Below, piece after piece: positions 29,755 to 39,461 of a DNA stretch of 64,000 bases (the stretch's first letter is position 1; each line of letters opens with the position of its first letter). The stretch is from an uncultured Planctomycetales bacterium. Its GTDB lineage: Bacteria; Omnitrophota; Gorgyraeia; Zapsychrales; Fredricksoniimonadaceae. The stretch covers positions 70,220 through 134,219 of the forward strand of contig CAZFNI010000003.1 in NCBI GenBank assembly GCA_964520655.1, read 5' to 3'. Both the position numbers and the translations under genes were made by a program. The notes beneath the pieces are model-generated. The model was not told the origin of the DNA. It saw only the letters and a program-made list of their open reading frames with translations, and did no database searches.

Positions 29755-30837
29755 ATGGGACAGCTGATCAAAAAATCAAAATTGCTCAACACTCCCCCGG
29801 GGACGTTGATCTATGAGGGGCACTCTAAAAGAGACAAGGTCAAGATCACGGTCTTTGATTATTCCGCGGATCACTGTACGGAAACGGTCGTTGACAGTGT
29901 CGAGCAGTGTTTTACCTATAAGGATAAGCCGTCGGTCACCTGGATCAATGTTGACGGGTTAAGCCACATTGAAGTCCTGGAAAAGTTAAGTGACTGCTAT
30001 CTGTTGCATCATTTGGTGCTTGAGGACATCTTAAATGTCAACCAGCGTCCCAAGGCGGAAGATTTTGGGGAGTATTTTTATATTGTCAGCAAGATGTTGT
30101 CTTTGGATGAACGCAAGGATGATATCACGGAGGAACAGGTGAGCATCCTGCTGGGGAGTAATTTTGTCATTACTTTCCAGGAAGAAAAGGAAGGGGATGT
30201 TTTTGACGATATCCGCGGGCGCATCCGCAAGAACCAGGGACGCATCCGCAAGATGGGGGCGGATTATCTGGCCTACCGCCTGCTGGATGCGATCGTGGAT
30301 CATTATTTCGTCGTTCTGGAGAAGATCGGCGAGAAGATCGAGACCATCGAGGGTTCATTATTGGTCAAGCCGGATGTTAATATGGTCTCAACGATCAACG
30401 CGCTTAAACGCAATTTGATCTTCCTGCGAAAATCCGTCTGGCCTTTAAGGGAAGTGATCCGCACGGTGACCCAGACCGATTCGCCGCTGATCAGGCCGGA
30501 GGCTATGATCTATTTTCGCGATATACACGATCATATCATCCAGGCGGTCGATACCATCGAGGCGTTCCGTGATACAGCGTCCAGCATGCTGGATGTGTAT
30601 TTGTCCAGCATGAATCACCGCTTGAACGAAGTCATGAAAGTGCTGACGATCATCGCCACCATTTTCATGCCGCTGACATTCATCACGGGGTTATATGGGA
30701 TGAATTTCAATACCCATGCTTCTCCGTATAATATGCCGGAGTTGAACTGGCCGTTGGGGTATCCTTTTGTCATTGCTGTGATATTGGTGGTCGTTTTGGG
30801 GATGCTGTATTTCTTTAGAAAGAAAGGATGGCTATAG
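29755..30837 (+). CDS. corA: Magnesium/cobalt transporter CorA
   Basis: Two C-terminal TM segments with a YGMNF (GMN) motif. Confidence 0.9.
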   Translation: MGQLIKKSKLLNTPPGTLIYEGHSKRDKVKITVFDYSADHCTETVVDSVEQCFTYKDKPSVTWINVDGLSHIEVLEKLSDCYLLHHLVLEDILNVNQRPKAEDFGEYFYIVSKMLSLDERKDDITEEQVSILLGSNFVITFQEEKEGDVFDDIRGRIRKNQGRIRKMGADYLAYRLLDAIVDHYFVVLEKIGEKIETIEGSLLVKPDVNMVSTINALKRNLIFLRKSVWPLREVIRTVTQTDSPLIRPEAMIYFRDIHDHIIQAVDTIEAFRDTASSMLDVYLSSMNHRLNEVMKVLTIIATIFMPLTFITGLYGMNFNTHASPYNMPELNWPLGYPFVIAVILVVVLGMLYFFRKKGWL

Positions 30838-30856
30838 GCATCCTTAAAGAGGGGCG

Positions 30857-31717
30857 ATGATCTATTCCATCAAGCCATTAACGTCTTCCCCGGCCCTTGA
30901 GGCATTTTTGCTGACTGAGGGCAACGCGCATTTTTTAAACCGCCCTGTTGCTCAGGGATCATTAGCTGTCTTTAACGGCCAGAGGCTTGTGAGTGTCCTT
31001 CCGAGTTATCCGTACACAGGTGTTTTGTCCCTGCCCGATCTTTTTAAAGTCGCCCGCGAGCTGGTTATTTTTCAGGCTACGTCGCTGTTGGATAAGAATG
31101 CGTTATCGCAGGCACTTAGAGCCGTGCGTGGGGCTTATGGTAAGCGTATCCTGCATCTGCCGTTTTGCTGCACGGGCGTAAAGTCGCTGTTGGAGCAGAC
31201 ACATCCGTTTGTGGATATGGAGACGTTTGATGACAAGGAATTTTTAAGAACCCGCCGCTGGTTATCCAGGCAGCAGGTCAACTGGAAAGAGTTCAAATTT
31301 TGTTATCAGAGATTTGATTTTAAAAAAGATAAGGCCATTGCTGCGTTTTATTTAAAGCATTCGGCCAAGCGGTTAAAACTGACCTTGGCGCAGGTTTCGG
31401 CACAGATGGCAAGCCTTAGCTCTGGCGGCATCGTATCACATGTTGCGGTGCTTAAACATAAACGTTCTGTTGCCGCCGTTTGCTTTGTCGGTACAGAAAA
31501 CGGCAGGGATCTGGTTTTGGTCAATAATGCCTTGAATGAAGAGTTTCTTGCGCAGACGCCGGGTAATGCGCTATTGTTTTTATTATTATGTCATATTAAA
31601 AAGCATGACCTTGCCAGGCGGGTGCATTTTCGCGCGATCTTCCCTAGCACCAAGCCGTCTTATAAGCTTAACTGGTGTGAGCATTCTTATCAGACATTTT
31701 TACAGCTTGTTGAATAG
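30857..31717 (+). CDS. Hypothetical protein (possible acyl/peptidyl-transferase-like fold)
   Basis: No confident motif. It is embedded in the glycan island. Confidence 0.35.
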   Translation: MIYSIKPLTSSPALEAFLLTEGNAHFLNRPVAQGSLAVFNGQRLVSVLPSYPYTGVLSLPDLFKVARELVIFQATSLLDKNALSQALRAVRGAYGKRILHLPFCCTGVKSLLEQTHPFVDMETFDDKEFLRTRRWLSRQQVNWKEFKFCYQRFDFKKDKAIAAFYLKHSAKRLKLTLAQVSAQMASLSSGGIVSHVAVLKHKRSVAAVCFVGTENGRDLVLVNNALNEEFLAQTPGNALLFLLLCHIKKHDLARRVHFRAIFPSTKPSYKLNWCEHSYQTFLQLVE

Positions 31718-31774
31718 AAGGCGCTGTCGATAATTACTTGACATTGCTTTTCATCATGAGAAGATAAAAGTCCT

Positions 31775-32851
31775 ATGGAACGGGTGTTGATCATTAATCC
31801 ATTCGGCGTCGGGGATTGTTTATTTGCCAGCCCGCTCATCGCCAATTTAAAAGAAGCTTACCCTCAAGCGAAGATCACCTACATTGCCAATGCCCGTACC
31901 AAAGATTTTCTGCAGCAAGATCCCAACATCGAACGAGTCATTGTCTATGAACGTGATGCATTTGTCACTGTTTCCCGCAAGGGACCGTTGGCGGTACTCA
32001 ATCATTGGCTGAATTTCATCAACGAGATCAAGAAAACGCGCGCTCAAGTCGTTTTTGATCTGTCATTGAACCGCATGTTCGGGGCAATATCATGGATCGC
32101 CGGCATCCCGAAACGGATCGGCTATGACTATAAAGGCCGGGGGGTATTTTTAACCGATAGAATAGACTTAAAAGGATATGAGAATAAACATGTTGTGGAG
32201 TTTTATTTGGACTTGTTAAGATTCGCGGATGTGCCGGTTAAGACCAGGACAATGCTCCTGCAGACAAGTTCGCAGGAAGAAGCTTGGGCGGGACAATGGC
32301 TTGTTGAGAACAATATCAAGAATGTTTCTAAATTAATGGCTGTCATCCCGGGTGGCGGAGCCAGTTGGGGTGGCCGGGCCGACCGTAAACGCTGGCCAGC
32401 AGGAAAATACGCGCAGTTAATTGACAAAATGGTTGCGGATACAGGTTGCACTGTTATACTATTCGGCGATGCCAAAGAGGAAGGGTTAGCGCAAGAAATT
32501 GCCGCACTGGCAGCCTCACCCATTTGTATGGCGGTTGGCCAAACATCGATCCTTCAGATGGCCGCGTTATTGAAATACTGCGCTGTTGCTGTTGTCAACG
32601 ACGGGGGACCATTGCATGTGGCGGTGGCCAGTCATGTCAAGACCGTCAGCATTTTCGGTCCGGTCGATCCGGTTGTTTACGGCCCTTATCCGGCAGAAGG
32701 GCACCAGGTGGTGACTAAGGGATTGGCCTGCCAGCCGTGTTACCGCAGATTTTGTGTGGCTACTTGCAGCCACTTGAGTTGTTTACAGGACTTATCGTTA
32801 GAGGATGTTTATAGAAAGGTGACCTTGGTGTATGAGCATTCCATTCATTGA
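31775..32851 (+). CDS. Glycosyltransferase family 9 (LPS heptosyltransferase, RfaF/WaaC/WaaQ-like)
   Basis: The N-terminal ILIINPFGVGDCL and C-terminal DGGPLHVA GT9 signatures. Confidence 0.8.
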   Translation: MERVLIINPFGVGDCLFASPLIANLKEAYPQAKITYIANARTKDFLQQDPNIERVIVYERDAFVTVSRKGPLAVLNHWLNFINEIKKTRAQVVFDLSLNRMFGAISWIAGIPKRIGYDYKGRGVFLTDRIDLKGYENKHVVEFYLDLLRFADVPVKTRTMLLQTSSQEEAWAGQWLVENNIKNVSKLMAVIPGGGASWGGRADRKRWPAGKYAQLIDKMVADTGCTVILFGDAKEEGLAQEIAALAASPICMAVGQTSILQMAALLKYCAVAVVNDGGPLHVAVASHVKTVSIFGPVDPVVYGPYPAEGHQVVTKGLACQPCYRRFCVATCSHLSCLQDLSLEDVYRKVTLVYEHSIH

Positions 32852-33932
32852 TTTCAAAGAGCAGAACCGTTTGATCCAGGATGAAGTCGACGTTGGTTTT
32901 AAAAAAGTGTTTGAAAAAGGGGATTATATCCTCGGTGAACAGGCCCAGATCTTTGAGAAGGCTTTTGCCAATTATTGCGAAGCTAAATACGCGGTCGGTG
33001 TTAATTCTGGTACCGACGCGCTGCATTTGGGGTTGTCGGCGCTGGATATCAAAGAAGGGGATGAGGTCATTGTCCCGACCCATACTTTTATTGCCACAGC
33101 CTTATGTGTTTCTTTTTGCCGGGCCAAGCCGGTATTCGTGGATATTGAACCCGACACCTACAATATGTGTCCTAAATCGTTTGAGAAGGCCATCACCAAA
33201 AAGACCAGAGCGGTCATTCCCGTCCACATTTACGGACAGCCCGCGAACATGGATGAGATCTTGGCCATTGCGAAGAAACATAATATCTTAGTTGTCGAAG
33301 ATGCGGCCCAGGCGCATGGCGCCCGGTATCATAGCCGCCGTGTGGGGTCCATGGGCGACTTGGCTTGTTTTTCTTTTTATCCGACGAAAAGTCTGGGTGC
33401 CTGCGGGGATGCCGGGATGATCGTCACCAGCGATGAAAAATTCTATGAAAAAGCGCTGATGCTGCGCGATTATGGCCGTAAAGGGCGTTATGAACACACC
33501 ATCAAAGGAACGAATTCTCGTTTAGACACCATCCAGGCCGTGGTCCTCAATGCCAAATTAAAGCATTTAGACCAATGGAACGCCATGCGCGCCCAGGTTG
33601 CGGCGCATTATGGAGAATTATTGAAACCTTTAAAAAGTGTTGTTGCCCCGTTGGTCAGACCAGACCGCACTCATGTGTATCAAACGTACGCGGTGCTTGT
33701 TCCCAACCGCGATAAGATCATGGAGGCCATGAAAGCCAAGGGCATCAGCGTCCTGATCCATTATCCGATCCCGCTGCATTTACAGGAAGCCTACGCGGAG
33801 CTGGGGTATAAAGCGGGTTCTTTCCCCGTCGCTGAAAAGATCGCGACGCAGGTCATCAGTCTGCCGATGTTCCCGCACATGACCAAAGCGCAGGTGGAAA
33901 CCGTGGTTGCAGCCTTAAAGGAATCTTTATAA
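32832..33932 (+). CDS. DegT/DnrJ/EryC1/StrS family sugar aminotransferase
   Basis: The PLP-lysine motif FYPTKSLG, a GDE glycine-rich segment and full-length similarity. Confidence 0.85.
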   Translation: MSIPFIDFKEQNRLIQDEVDVGFKKVFEKGDYILGEQAQIFEKAFANYCEAKYAVGVNSGTDALHLGLSALDIKEGDEVIVPTHTFIATALCVSFCRAKPVFVDIEPDTYNMCPKSFEKAITKKTRAVIPVHIYGQPANMDEILAIAKKHNILVVEDAAQAHGARYHSRRVGSMGDLACFSFYPTKSLGACGDAGMIVTSDEKFYEKALMLRDYGRKGRYEHTIKGTNSRLDTIQAVVLNAKLKHLDQWNAMRAQVAAHYGELLKPLKSVVAPLVRPDRTHVYQTYAVLVPNRDKIMEAMKAKGISVLIHYPIPLHLQEAYAELGYKAGSFPVAEKIATQVISLPMFPHMTKAQVETVVAALKESL

Positions 33933-33934
33933 CT

Positions 33935-34696
33935 ATGGCGAAGATCCCTTTGTCAGTTGTCATCATCACCAAGAATGAAGAGCGCAATATGCACGATTGC
34001 TTAAAAAGCGTCGTGGACTGGGCGGATGAGATCGTCATTGTCGACGATGAAAGCACGGACCGAACGGTTGAGATCTCCAAGAGTTACGGGGCCAAGATCT
34101 ATCACCGCAAAATGGACAATGAAGGAATACACCGCAATTGGGCGTATGCTCAGGCCAAGAATGAATGGGTGCTAAGTTTGGATGCCGATGAGATGGTCAG
34201 TGAACCGCTGCGTGATGAGATCGTCGCTGTTTTGCCAAAGACCACGTATAACGCGTTTGACATGCCCATGCGCAATTATATCGGCAAATACTGGGTTAAG
34301 CATTCCGGCTGGTATCCGGCGGGTAAGCTGCGCATGTTCCAGAAAAGCCGTTTTAAGTATGAAGAGGTCGGTGTTCATCCGCGCGTGTTCTTAGACGGCA
34401 CAACAGGACATTTGACCAAGGATTTGGTGCACAAAGGTTATCCGGATTTTGAACATTTTCTGCAGAGCTTAAATCGTCAGACCACTCTGGAAGCCGAAAA
34501 GTGGATACAGACCGGCCGGCACATGCCTTTAGGGACAGCGGTCTGGCGCACGGTAGACCGATTTTTCCGCAGTTATATCGGCAAACAGGGCTGGCGCGAC
34601 GGGTTCGTGGGTTTTATGATCGCCTATTACGCCGCGCTGTATCAAGTCATTGCCTACGCGAAATACTGGGAACGCAAGACGGGAACAAAAGAGTGA
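33935..34696 (+). CDS. Glycosyltransferase family 2 (WaaE/KdtX-like)
   Basis: LSVVIITKNEE...DADE DxD pattern. Confidence 0.8.
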   Translation: MAKIPLSVVIITKNEERNMHDCLKSVVDWADEIVIVDDESTDRTVEISKSYGAKIYHRKMDNEGIHRNWAYAQAKNEWVLSLDADEMVSEPLRDEIVAVLPKTTYNAFDMPMRNYIGKYWVKHSGWYPAGKLRMFQKSRFKYEEVGVHPRVFLDGTTGHLTKDLVHKGYPDFEHFLQSLNRQTTLEAEKWIQTGRHMPLGTAVWRTVDRFFRSYIGKQGWRDGFVGFMIAYYAALYQVIAYAKYWERKTGTKE

Positions 34697-35280
34697 AAGT
34701 TGTTTTTTTGGATCGAGACGGGGTGATCAACCAGTTCCCCGGGCACGGTTCTTACGTCACCCGGGTGCGCGACCTGCGTTTTATCCGCGGTTCCAAACAA
34801 GCCATCAAGGCATTGACACAAGCAGGTTATAAGATCTTTGTGATCTCCAATCAGGCTGGTGTTGGCCGCGGTGTTTTTACCCAGAAGAAATTAGACCAGA
34901 TCGACGCGCGTCTTAAGCGCGAGGTGTTTTCATCCGGCGGGCGCATTACCCAAACATTTTATTGCACCCATCATCCTGACGCACGTTGTGCGTGCCGCAA
35001 GCCCGGGATCGCCAATGTGAAAAAAGCGCTCTCGACCATCGGGAAAAATTTGTCTGATACACAAGGGTGTTTTTTTGTCGGTGATGCGTCGATCGATATG
35101 AGAACAGGCAAGGCCGCGCGCTTGCGGACCATCTTGGTCCTCTCGGGCAAAAGCACAAGAGCCCAGGTAACAAAAGAGGGGGGGATTCCTGATTATGTGG
35201 TTGCCAATTTACGCGATGCCGTTAGAATAATCCTTGATGAGAGTCTGCGTCATACACGCCACAGCCGGAGCAGGTCATAA
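34693..35280 (+). CDS. gmhB: D-glycero-D-manno-heptose 1,7-bisphosphate phosphatase (HAD family)
   Basis: The GTG start overlaps the upstream TGA (GTGA). A FLDRDGVIN HAD motif I and a CxC..C zinc motif (CTHHPDARCACRKP). The 3' end overlaps the next gene by ~47 nt. Confidence 0.7.
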   Translation: MKVVFLDRDGVINQFPGHGSYVTRVRDLRFIRGSKQAIKALTQAGYKIFVISNQAGVGRGVFTQKKLDQIDARLKREVFSSGGRITQTFYCTHHPDARCACRKPGIANVKKALSTIGKNLSDTQGCFFVGDASIDMRTGKAARLRTILVLSGKSTRAQVTKEGGIPDYVVANLRDAVRIILDESLRHTRHSRSRS

Positions 35281-36316
35281 GAAAGCCGCAGAAGCCATTT
35301 ATCAGGGGCTTGTGACCGACGGTCAGGACGCCCGTATCATTGATGCGCTGGACTACACCAACCCTTTCTTTAAAGCCACCTATCCTTCAACATATTCGTT
35401 TTTAGTCACCAAACTTCCTTTTGTGTGGGCTTTTTTCTTTGGATTATTGAATATTCCATGGCTGCAGCCGGCTGTTAAGCTGTTCCGCCGGGTCTATAAT
35501 GGATTGAATGCCAGAATGCTGGAGAAATTCTTGATCGATGAGAAATTCGACTGCGTGATCGTCACCCAATTCCTGTCAGCGGAGGTTAGTGCGTATTTAA
35601 AGCGTACTGGCAAGATCAGATCCAAGGTGATCTGCGTGGTCACGGATTTTGATGTGCACCGCATTTGGGTCAATCGTGGCATTGATATTTACACGGGTGC
35701 GAGTCCCTATACAAAAGAGAAATTGATCGCGCTGGGCGTGCATCCGGATAAGGTCTTTGCGACGGGGATACCGACATTGGCAGAATTTCGTGATGCGGCT
35801 GACCTGGCCCAGCTAAAAGCCCAGTTTAAGCTGTTCCCGCAGTCGATGACGGTCCTTATTGCCACCGGATCTTTTGGGATGGGACCTATTGAAGCGTTGA
35901 TCGACGGGCTTAAAGGGTATCATGTATTGGTCGTTTGCGGGCATAATCGGGAACTTTATGATCGGTTAAAGGGCCGCGCATCGAGTCATGTGCATATTTT
36001 TGGTCTGGTCAAGAATATGCATGAGTTAATGACGGTGGCGGATGTGATGGTCACCAAGCCAGGCGGGCTGTCGATCGCGGAAGCGTTGGTCAAGCATTTG
36101 CCGATGCTGTTTTTTTCCGCTATTCCAGGTCAGGAAATACAGAATATCGCTGTTTTAAAGAAATATGGCGTCGCCTCTGACCAGATGGATGTGTCCGCGA
36201 TCATCAATGCCGTTGATGATCTGTATGCTTCCCCGGAGAATTTAGAGAAACTGCGTTTGGCCGCGGCTTCCATGGCCAAACCATCGGCTGTGAAGGACAT
36301 TATCAGTCTGATATGA
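35234..36316 (+). CDS. GT28-family glycolipid synthase-like glycosyltransferase (MGDG synthase/UgtP-like)
   Basis: The N-terminal HATAGAGH motif and a C-terminal GT-B domain. Confidence 0.65.
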   Translation: MMRVCVIHATAGAGHKKAAEAIYQGLVTDGQDARIIDALDYTNPFFKATYPSTYSFLVTKLPFVWAFFFGLLNIPWLQPAVKLFRRVYNGLNARMLEKFLIDEKFDCVIVTQFLSAEVSAYLKRTGKIRSKVICVVTDFDVHRIWVNRGIDIYTGASPYTKEKLIALGVHPDKVFATGIPTLAEFRDAADLAQLKAQFKLFPQSMTVLIATGSFGMGPIEALIDGLKGYHVLVVCGHNRELYDRLKGRASSHVHIFGLVKNMHELMTVADVMVTKPGGLSIAEALVKHLPMLFFSAIPGQEIQNIAVLKKYGVASDQMDVSAIINAVDDLYASPENLEKLRLAAASMAKPSAVKDIISLI

Positions 36317-37998
36317 TCGCCCACGTTGTTGTAGATCTCCCTCTTGAAGGGCCATTTGATTATTTAGTCCCGCGGGAATTTGAAAGCAGTGTTTCCGTCG
36401 GTGTTCGTGTCAAAGTGCCTTTCGGCCCCCGGACAGCGATCGGATATGTCATTAGTCTTGCGGCAGAAACAAAGATACCGAGGATAAAGTCGATCAAAGC
36501 CGTGGTTGACACTCAGCCGATCTTTGATGCCAGGGACATGGAATTCGCACGGCGGTTTTGTGGGTACTATGGGTGTTTTTTAGGAGAAGCTTTATCGCTC
36601 ATGACCCGTCATCGTCGATCACTGTCGCTTATAGAGACATCAAAAGATAGTTCAATGGTAAAATTGTATCATTGTATCGACGGGCAATATGCGGATGTTC
36701 TGCGGGAAGTCATGGCTGCCAGCAAGGATCATTTTGTCGTTGTTCCTGATGTCTTTGCCGCCAGATCATTGCCTAAGGATATCCCTGTCGGACTCAGATC
36801 GTCCATGTTTGAGGCTTTTGCCCGCAAAAGAACGATCATTATCATGGATGAAGATAACAGTTCTTTTAAACAGGAGCAGTCGCCCAAATATGAAGCGCGC
36901 CAGGCGGCTTTGATGGCGCAGGTGGTGTATGGCTTTGATCTGGTCTTTATCAGTCAAACTCCCTCAGTAGAATTAATGCATTTGGTTAGGACTGCGCAGG
37001 TCCAATATGAAAGACGTGGGGAGCTATTGCCTAAACCTTCGGTCATTGACCTGACGAATTATAAATTCCTGGATAAAGGGATATTGTCGGTACCGGTGCG
37101 CAATATGCTGGAGTCCAACATCAAGAATAAACAACGGTCATTGGTGCTGTTTAATCGCCGGGGGACATTCAGTGTGACGCGGTGCAGCCAATGCGGATAT
37201 ATTCTTAAATGTCGCCGCTGCGACAGCGCCATGAGTTTTGCGCGGGCATCACAGTCATTTGTCTGCCGTCAATGTCAAGAAGAGCTTAAAGATGCGGGTG
37301 ATTGTCCGACGTGCGGGGTACCGTCCTGGAAATCTTTTGGCATGGGGATCGAAAAGGTGCAGAAAGAGATCGCCAGTCTTTTTCCGGCAACACGCATTGC
37401 CGTGTTCGAGAGGGCGGATGAAGTATTGCCTGCCCATTGGGATGTTTTAGTTGCGACCTCGGCGGTGTTACGTTTTAAACACGGTTTGCATGTGGTCTCA
37501 GCCGCTGTGATCGATATTGATAGTGCATTAAACCGTTTGGATATCCGTTCTTCATTTAATGTCTGGAGCATGCTGCATCATATGATGCCGATGACAAAAG
37601 CCCTGCTGGTACAGACGCGCAACCTGGATCATCCGATGGTCAAAGCTTTTAGTCAGCAGGATGACCAGAAGTTTTACAGCGAGGAACTGGCTGTCCGTCG
37701 GGAGTTGGATCTTTCGCCTTTCGTGCATTGGGCGGCCGTGGTCTTTCGGTCCAGGAAGGAAAAAAGTGCTCAAGACTCGGCCCAGGCCGTGTATAATCAA
37801 ATCAAAAGTTTATCCGCTGATGCGATAAAAGTCACCGATGTCTCGCCGGATGTCCCGGCAAAATTACGGGACCAATATCGGTTTCGTTTCATGGCCGGCG
37901 GCAGCAGCGTCGTGAAAGTGGTGGCCGCGATCAAGGAGGCCATCTTGCGGGCTAAGAGAGTATCGGGTGTGATCATAACCTTGGATATTGACTCATGA
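36313..37998 (+). CDS. priA: Primosomal protein N' (PriA) homolog with degenerate helicase motifs
   Basis: An N-terminal 3'-DNA-binding domain (VDLPLEGPFDYLVP..GVRVKVPFG) and a Cys-rich zinc module (CSQCG...CRRC...CRQC...CPTCG). Walker A reads CIDGQYAD and DEEH reads DEDN. Confidence 0.7.
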   Translation: MIAHVVVDLPLEGPFDYLVPREFESSVSVGVRVKVPFGPRTAIGYVISLAAETKIPRIKSIKAVVDTQPIFDARDMEFARRFCGYYGCFLGEALSLMTRHRRSLSLIETSKDSSMVKLYHCIDGQYADVLREVMAASKDHFVVVPDVFAARSLPKDIPVGLRSSMFEAFARKRTIIIMDEDNSSFKQEQSPKYEARQAALMAQVVYGFDLVFISQTPSVELMHLVRTAQVQYERRGELLPKPSVIDLTNYKFLDKGILSVPVRNMLESNIKNKQRSLVLFNRRGTFSVTRCSQCGYILKCRRCDSAMSFARASQSFVCRQCQEELKDAGDCPTCGVPSWKSFGMGIEKVQKEIASLFPATRIAVFERADEVLPAHWDVLVATSAVLRFKHGLHVVSAAVIDIDSALNRLDIRSSFNVWSMLHHMMPMTKALLVQTRNLDHPMVKAFSQQDDQKFYSEELAVRRELDLSPFVHWAAVVFRSRKEKSAQDSAQAVYNQIKSLSADAIKVTDVSPDVPAKLRDQYRFRFMAGGSSVVKVVAAIKEAILRAKRVSGVIITLDIDS

Positions 37999-38924
37999 GA
38001 ATTGTTTTCTTTGGCAGCGATGATTTCGCGGCCGTTAATCTCAGAAATTTACTCGAGTCGGGCCATGAAGTGGCGGCCTGTGTGACAAAACCCGACACCC
38101 GTCAGGGGCGGGGCATGAAACTGGTCGTGTCTCACATCAAAGAACTGGCCCAGGAACACGGTATTGCTTGTCTTACCCCGGTGACGCTCAACAGTCCGGA
38201 AATGGTCGAGGCTCTTAAAGCATTTCAGGCGGATATATTCGTGGTCGTGGCCTACGGCAAATTGCTGTCCCAGGCAGTGCTGGATATCCCTAAGATATTT
38301 TGTGTGAATGTGCATGGTTCATTGCTTCCTAAATACCGCGGGGCAGCACCGATCAATTGGGCTGTATTGAATGGCGATAAGGAAACAGGGGTCACTATCC
38401 AGAAAATGGTTCTGGCGTTGGATGCGGGGGATATCATCGCTCAGACGCGTGTCCCTATACCTGATGAGATGGATGCCGCGCAATTGAGGGAAGCCATGGC
38501 CATGGAAGGGGCGCGGCTGCTGGTTAAGACCGTCGGGGATATCGGACGGGGGAATTTTACCCTCACGCCTCAAGCCGATCAAAACAGCACTTATGCCAGC
38601 AAATTAACCAAAGAAATGGGACGTATTGACTGGTCAAAGAAAGCCCAGAGCATTGTCAATCAGATCCGCGGCCTTAAGCCCTGGCCGGGAACATTCACCT
38701 CCTATAAGGGAAAAATGTTGAAGATTTTAAAAGCCCAAGCAGTGAAGGCGCTTTTACCGGGAAAACCAGGGGAGATTGTCTTACTTGATCAGAAGGGGAT
38801 CACGGTTCTTTGCGGGGAAGGTGCCATCATGATCATTGAAGTCCATCCAGAAGCTTCCAAACCGATGCCAGCCGCAAGTTTTGCTGCGGGGCACCGCGTC
38901 ATCATTCATGACATATTGTCATAA
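37995..38924 (+). CDS. fmt: Methionyl-tRNA formyltransferase
   Basis: RIVFFGS..FA, a formyltransferase core (HGSLLPKYRGAAPINWA) and the C-terminal domain. ATGA overlap with priA. Confidence 0.9.
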   Translation: MRIVFFGSDDFAAVNLRNLLESGHEVAACVTKPDTRQGRGMKLVVSHIKELAQEHGIACLTPVTLNSPEMVEALKAFQADIFVVVAYGKLLSQAVLDIPKIFCVNVHGSLLPKYRGAAPINWAVLNGDKETGVTIQKMVLALDAGDIIAQTRVPIPDEMDAAQLREAMAMEGARLLVKTVGDIGRGNFTLTPQADQNSTYASKLTKEMGRIDWSKKAQSIVNQIRGLKPWPGTFTSYKGKMLKILKAQAVKALLPGKPGEIVLLDQKGITVLCGEGAIMIIEVHPEASKPMPAASFAAGHRVIIHDILS

Positions 38925-38961
38925 AAAAAGACAACCCCTGTCTTTGTCAGGGGTTGTCTTT
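38923..38961. terminator. Bidirectional rho-independent terminator
   Basis: A gacaacccctg/caggggttgtc hairpin flanked by an A-run upstream and a T-run downstream, between convergent genes. Confidence 0.6.
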
Positions 38962-38973
38962 AAGGATGTCTTC

Positions 38974-39273
38974 TTATTGTCCAGCTTCAGGAACAGCGGC
39001 TGGTTCAGTAGCTGCGGCAGCGTTTTTGGCATTCATTCTTTTGGCGTGATGTTTTTTGGCTTTATGTTTCAAAGAATCCTTACAGGCCTGGCTTAACTGC
39101 GCTTTATGTTCTCTCAAGCATTTTCTGATCGCGCCATGACCTTTGGGTACTCCAGCACAGTAGGCCTGAACATCTGCGGCGCAGGGACGGTCATTGGCCA
39201 AAGATGAAGCAGCAAAGCAGGCTGTTATCCCTAAAGTCAACAGGCCGGCTAAGATCGTACGATGATTGTTCAT
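38974..39273 (-). CDS. Small secreted cysteine-rich, lysine/histidine-rich protein
   Basis: GGAGGG RBS. A signal peptide MNNHRTILAGLLTLGITACFAASSLA, then paired Cys motifs (PCAADVQAYCAGVP, KCLREHKAQLSQACKDSL) and a KHKAKKHHAKR tail. Confidence 0.5.
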   Translation of the reverse strand: MNNHRTILAGLLTLGITACFAASSLANDRPCAADVQAYCAGVPKGHGAIRKCLREHKAQLSQACKDSLKHKAKKHHAKRMNAKNAAAATEPAAVPEAGQ

Positions 39274-39461
39274 AGAATGCCCTCCAGATAAAAGATTAAT
39301 AGCCATATGTCATCTATATAGACAGCACTATAACACAAAAAGTTTCAACCATTTTTAAATATTAAGAAAGCGCTGTCTTTTTAAAGCCTAATCGGGTTGA
39401 AATGCCGCTCAATACAAGGTATCTTTATAATAATTAATGTGGAGGGGGAGAACCAAACACC

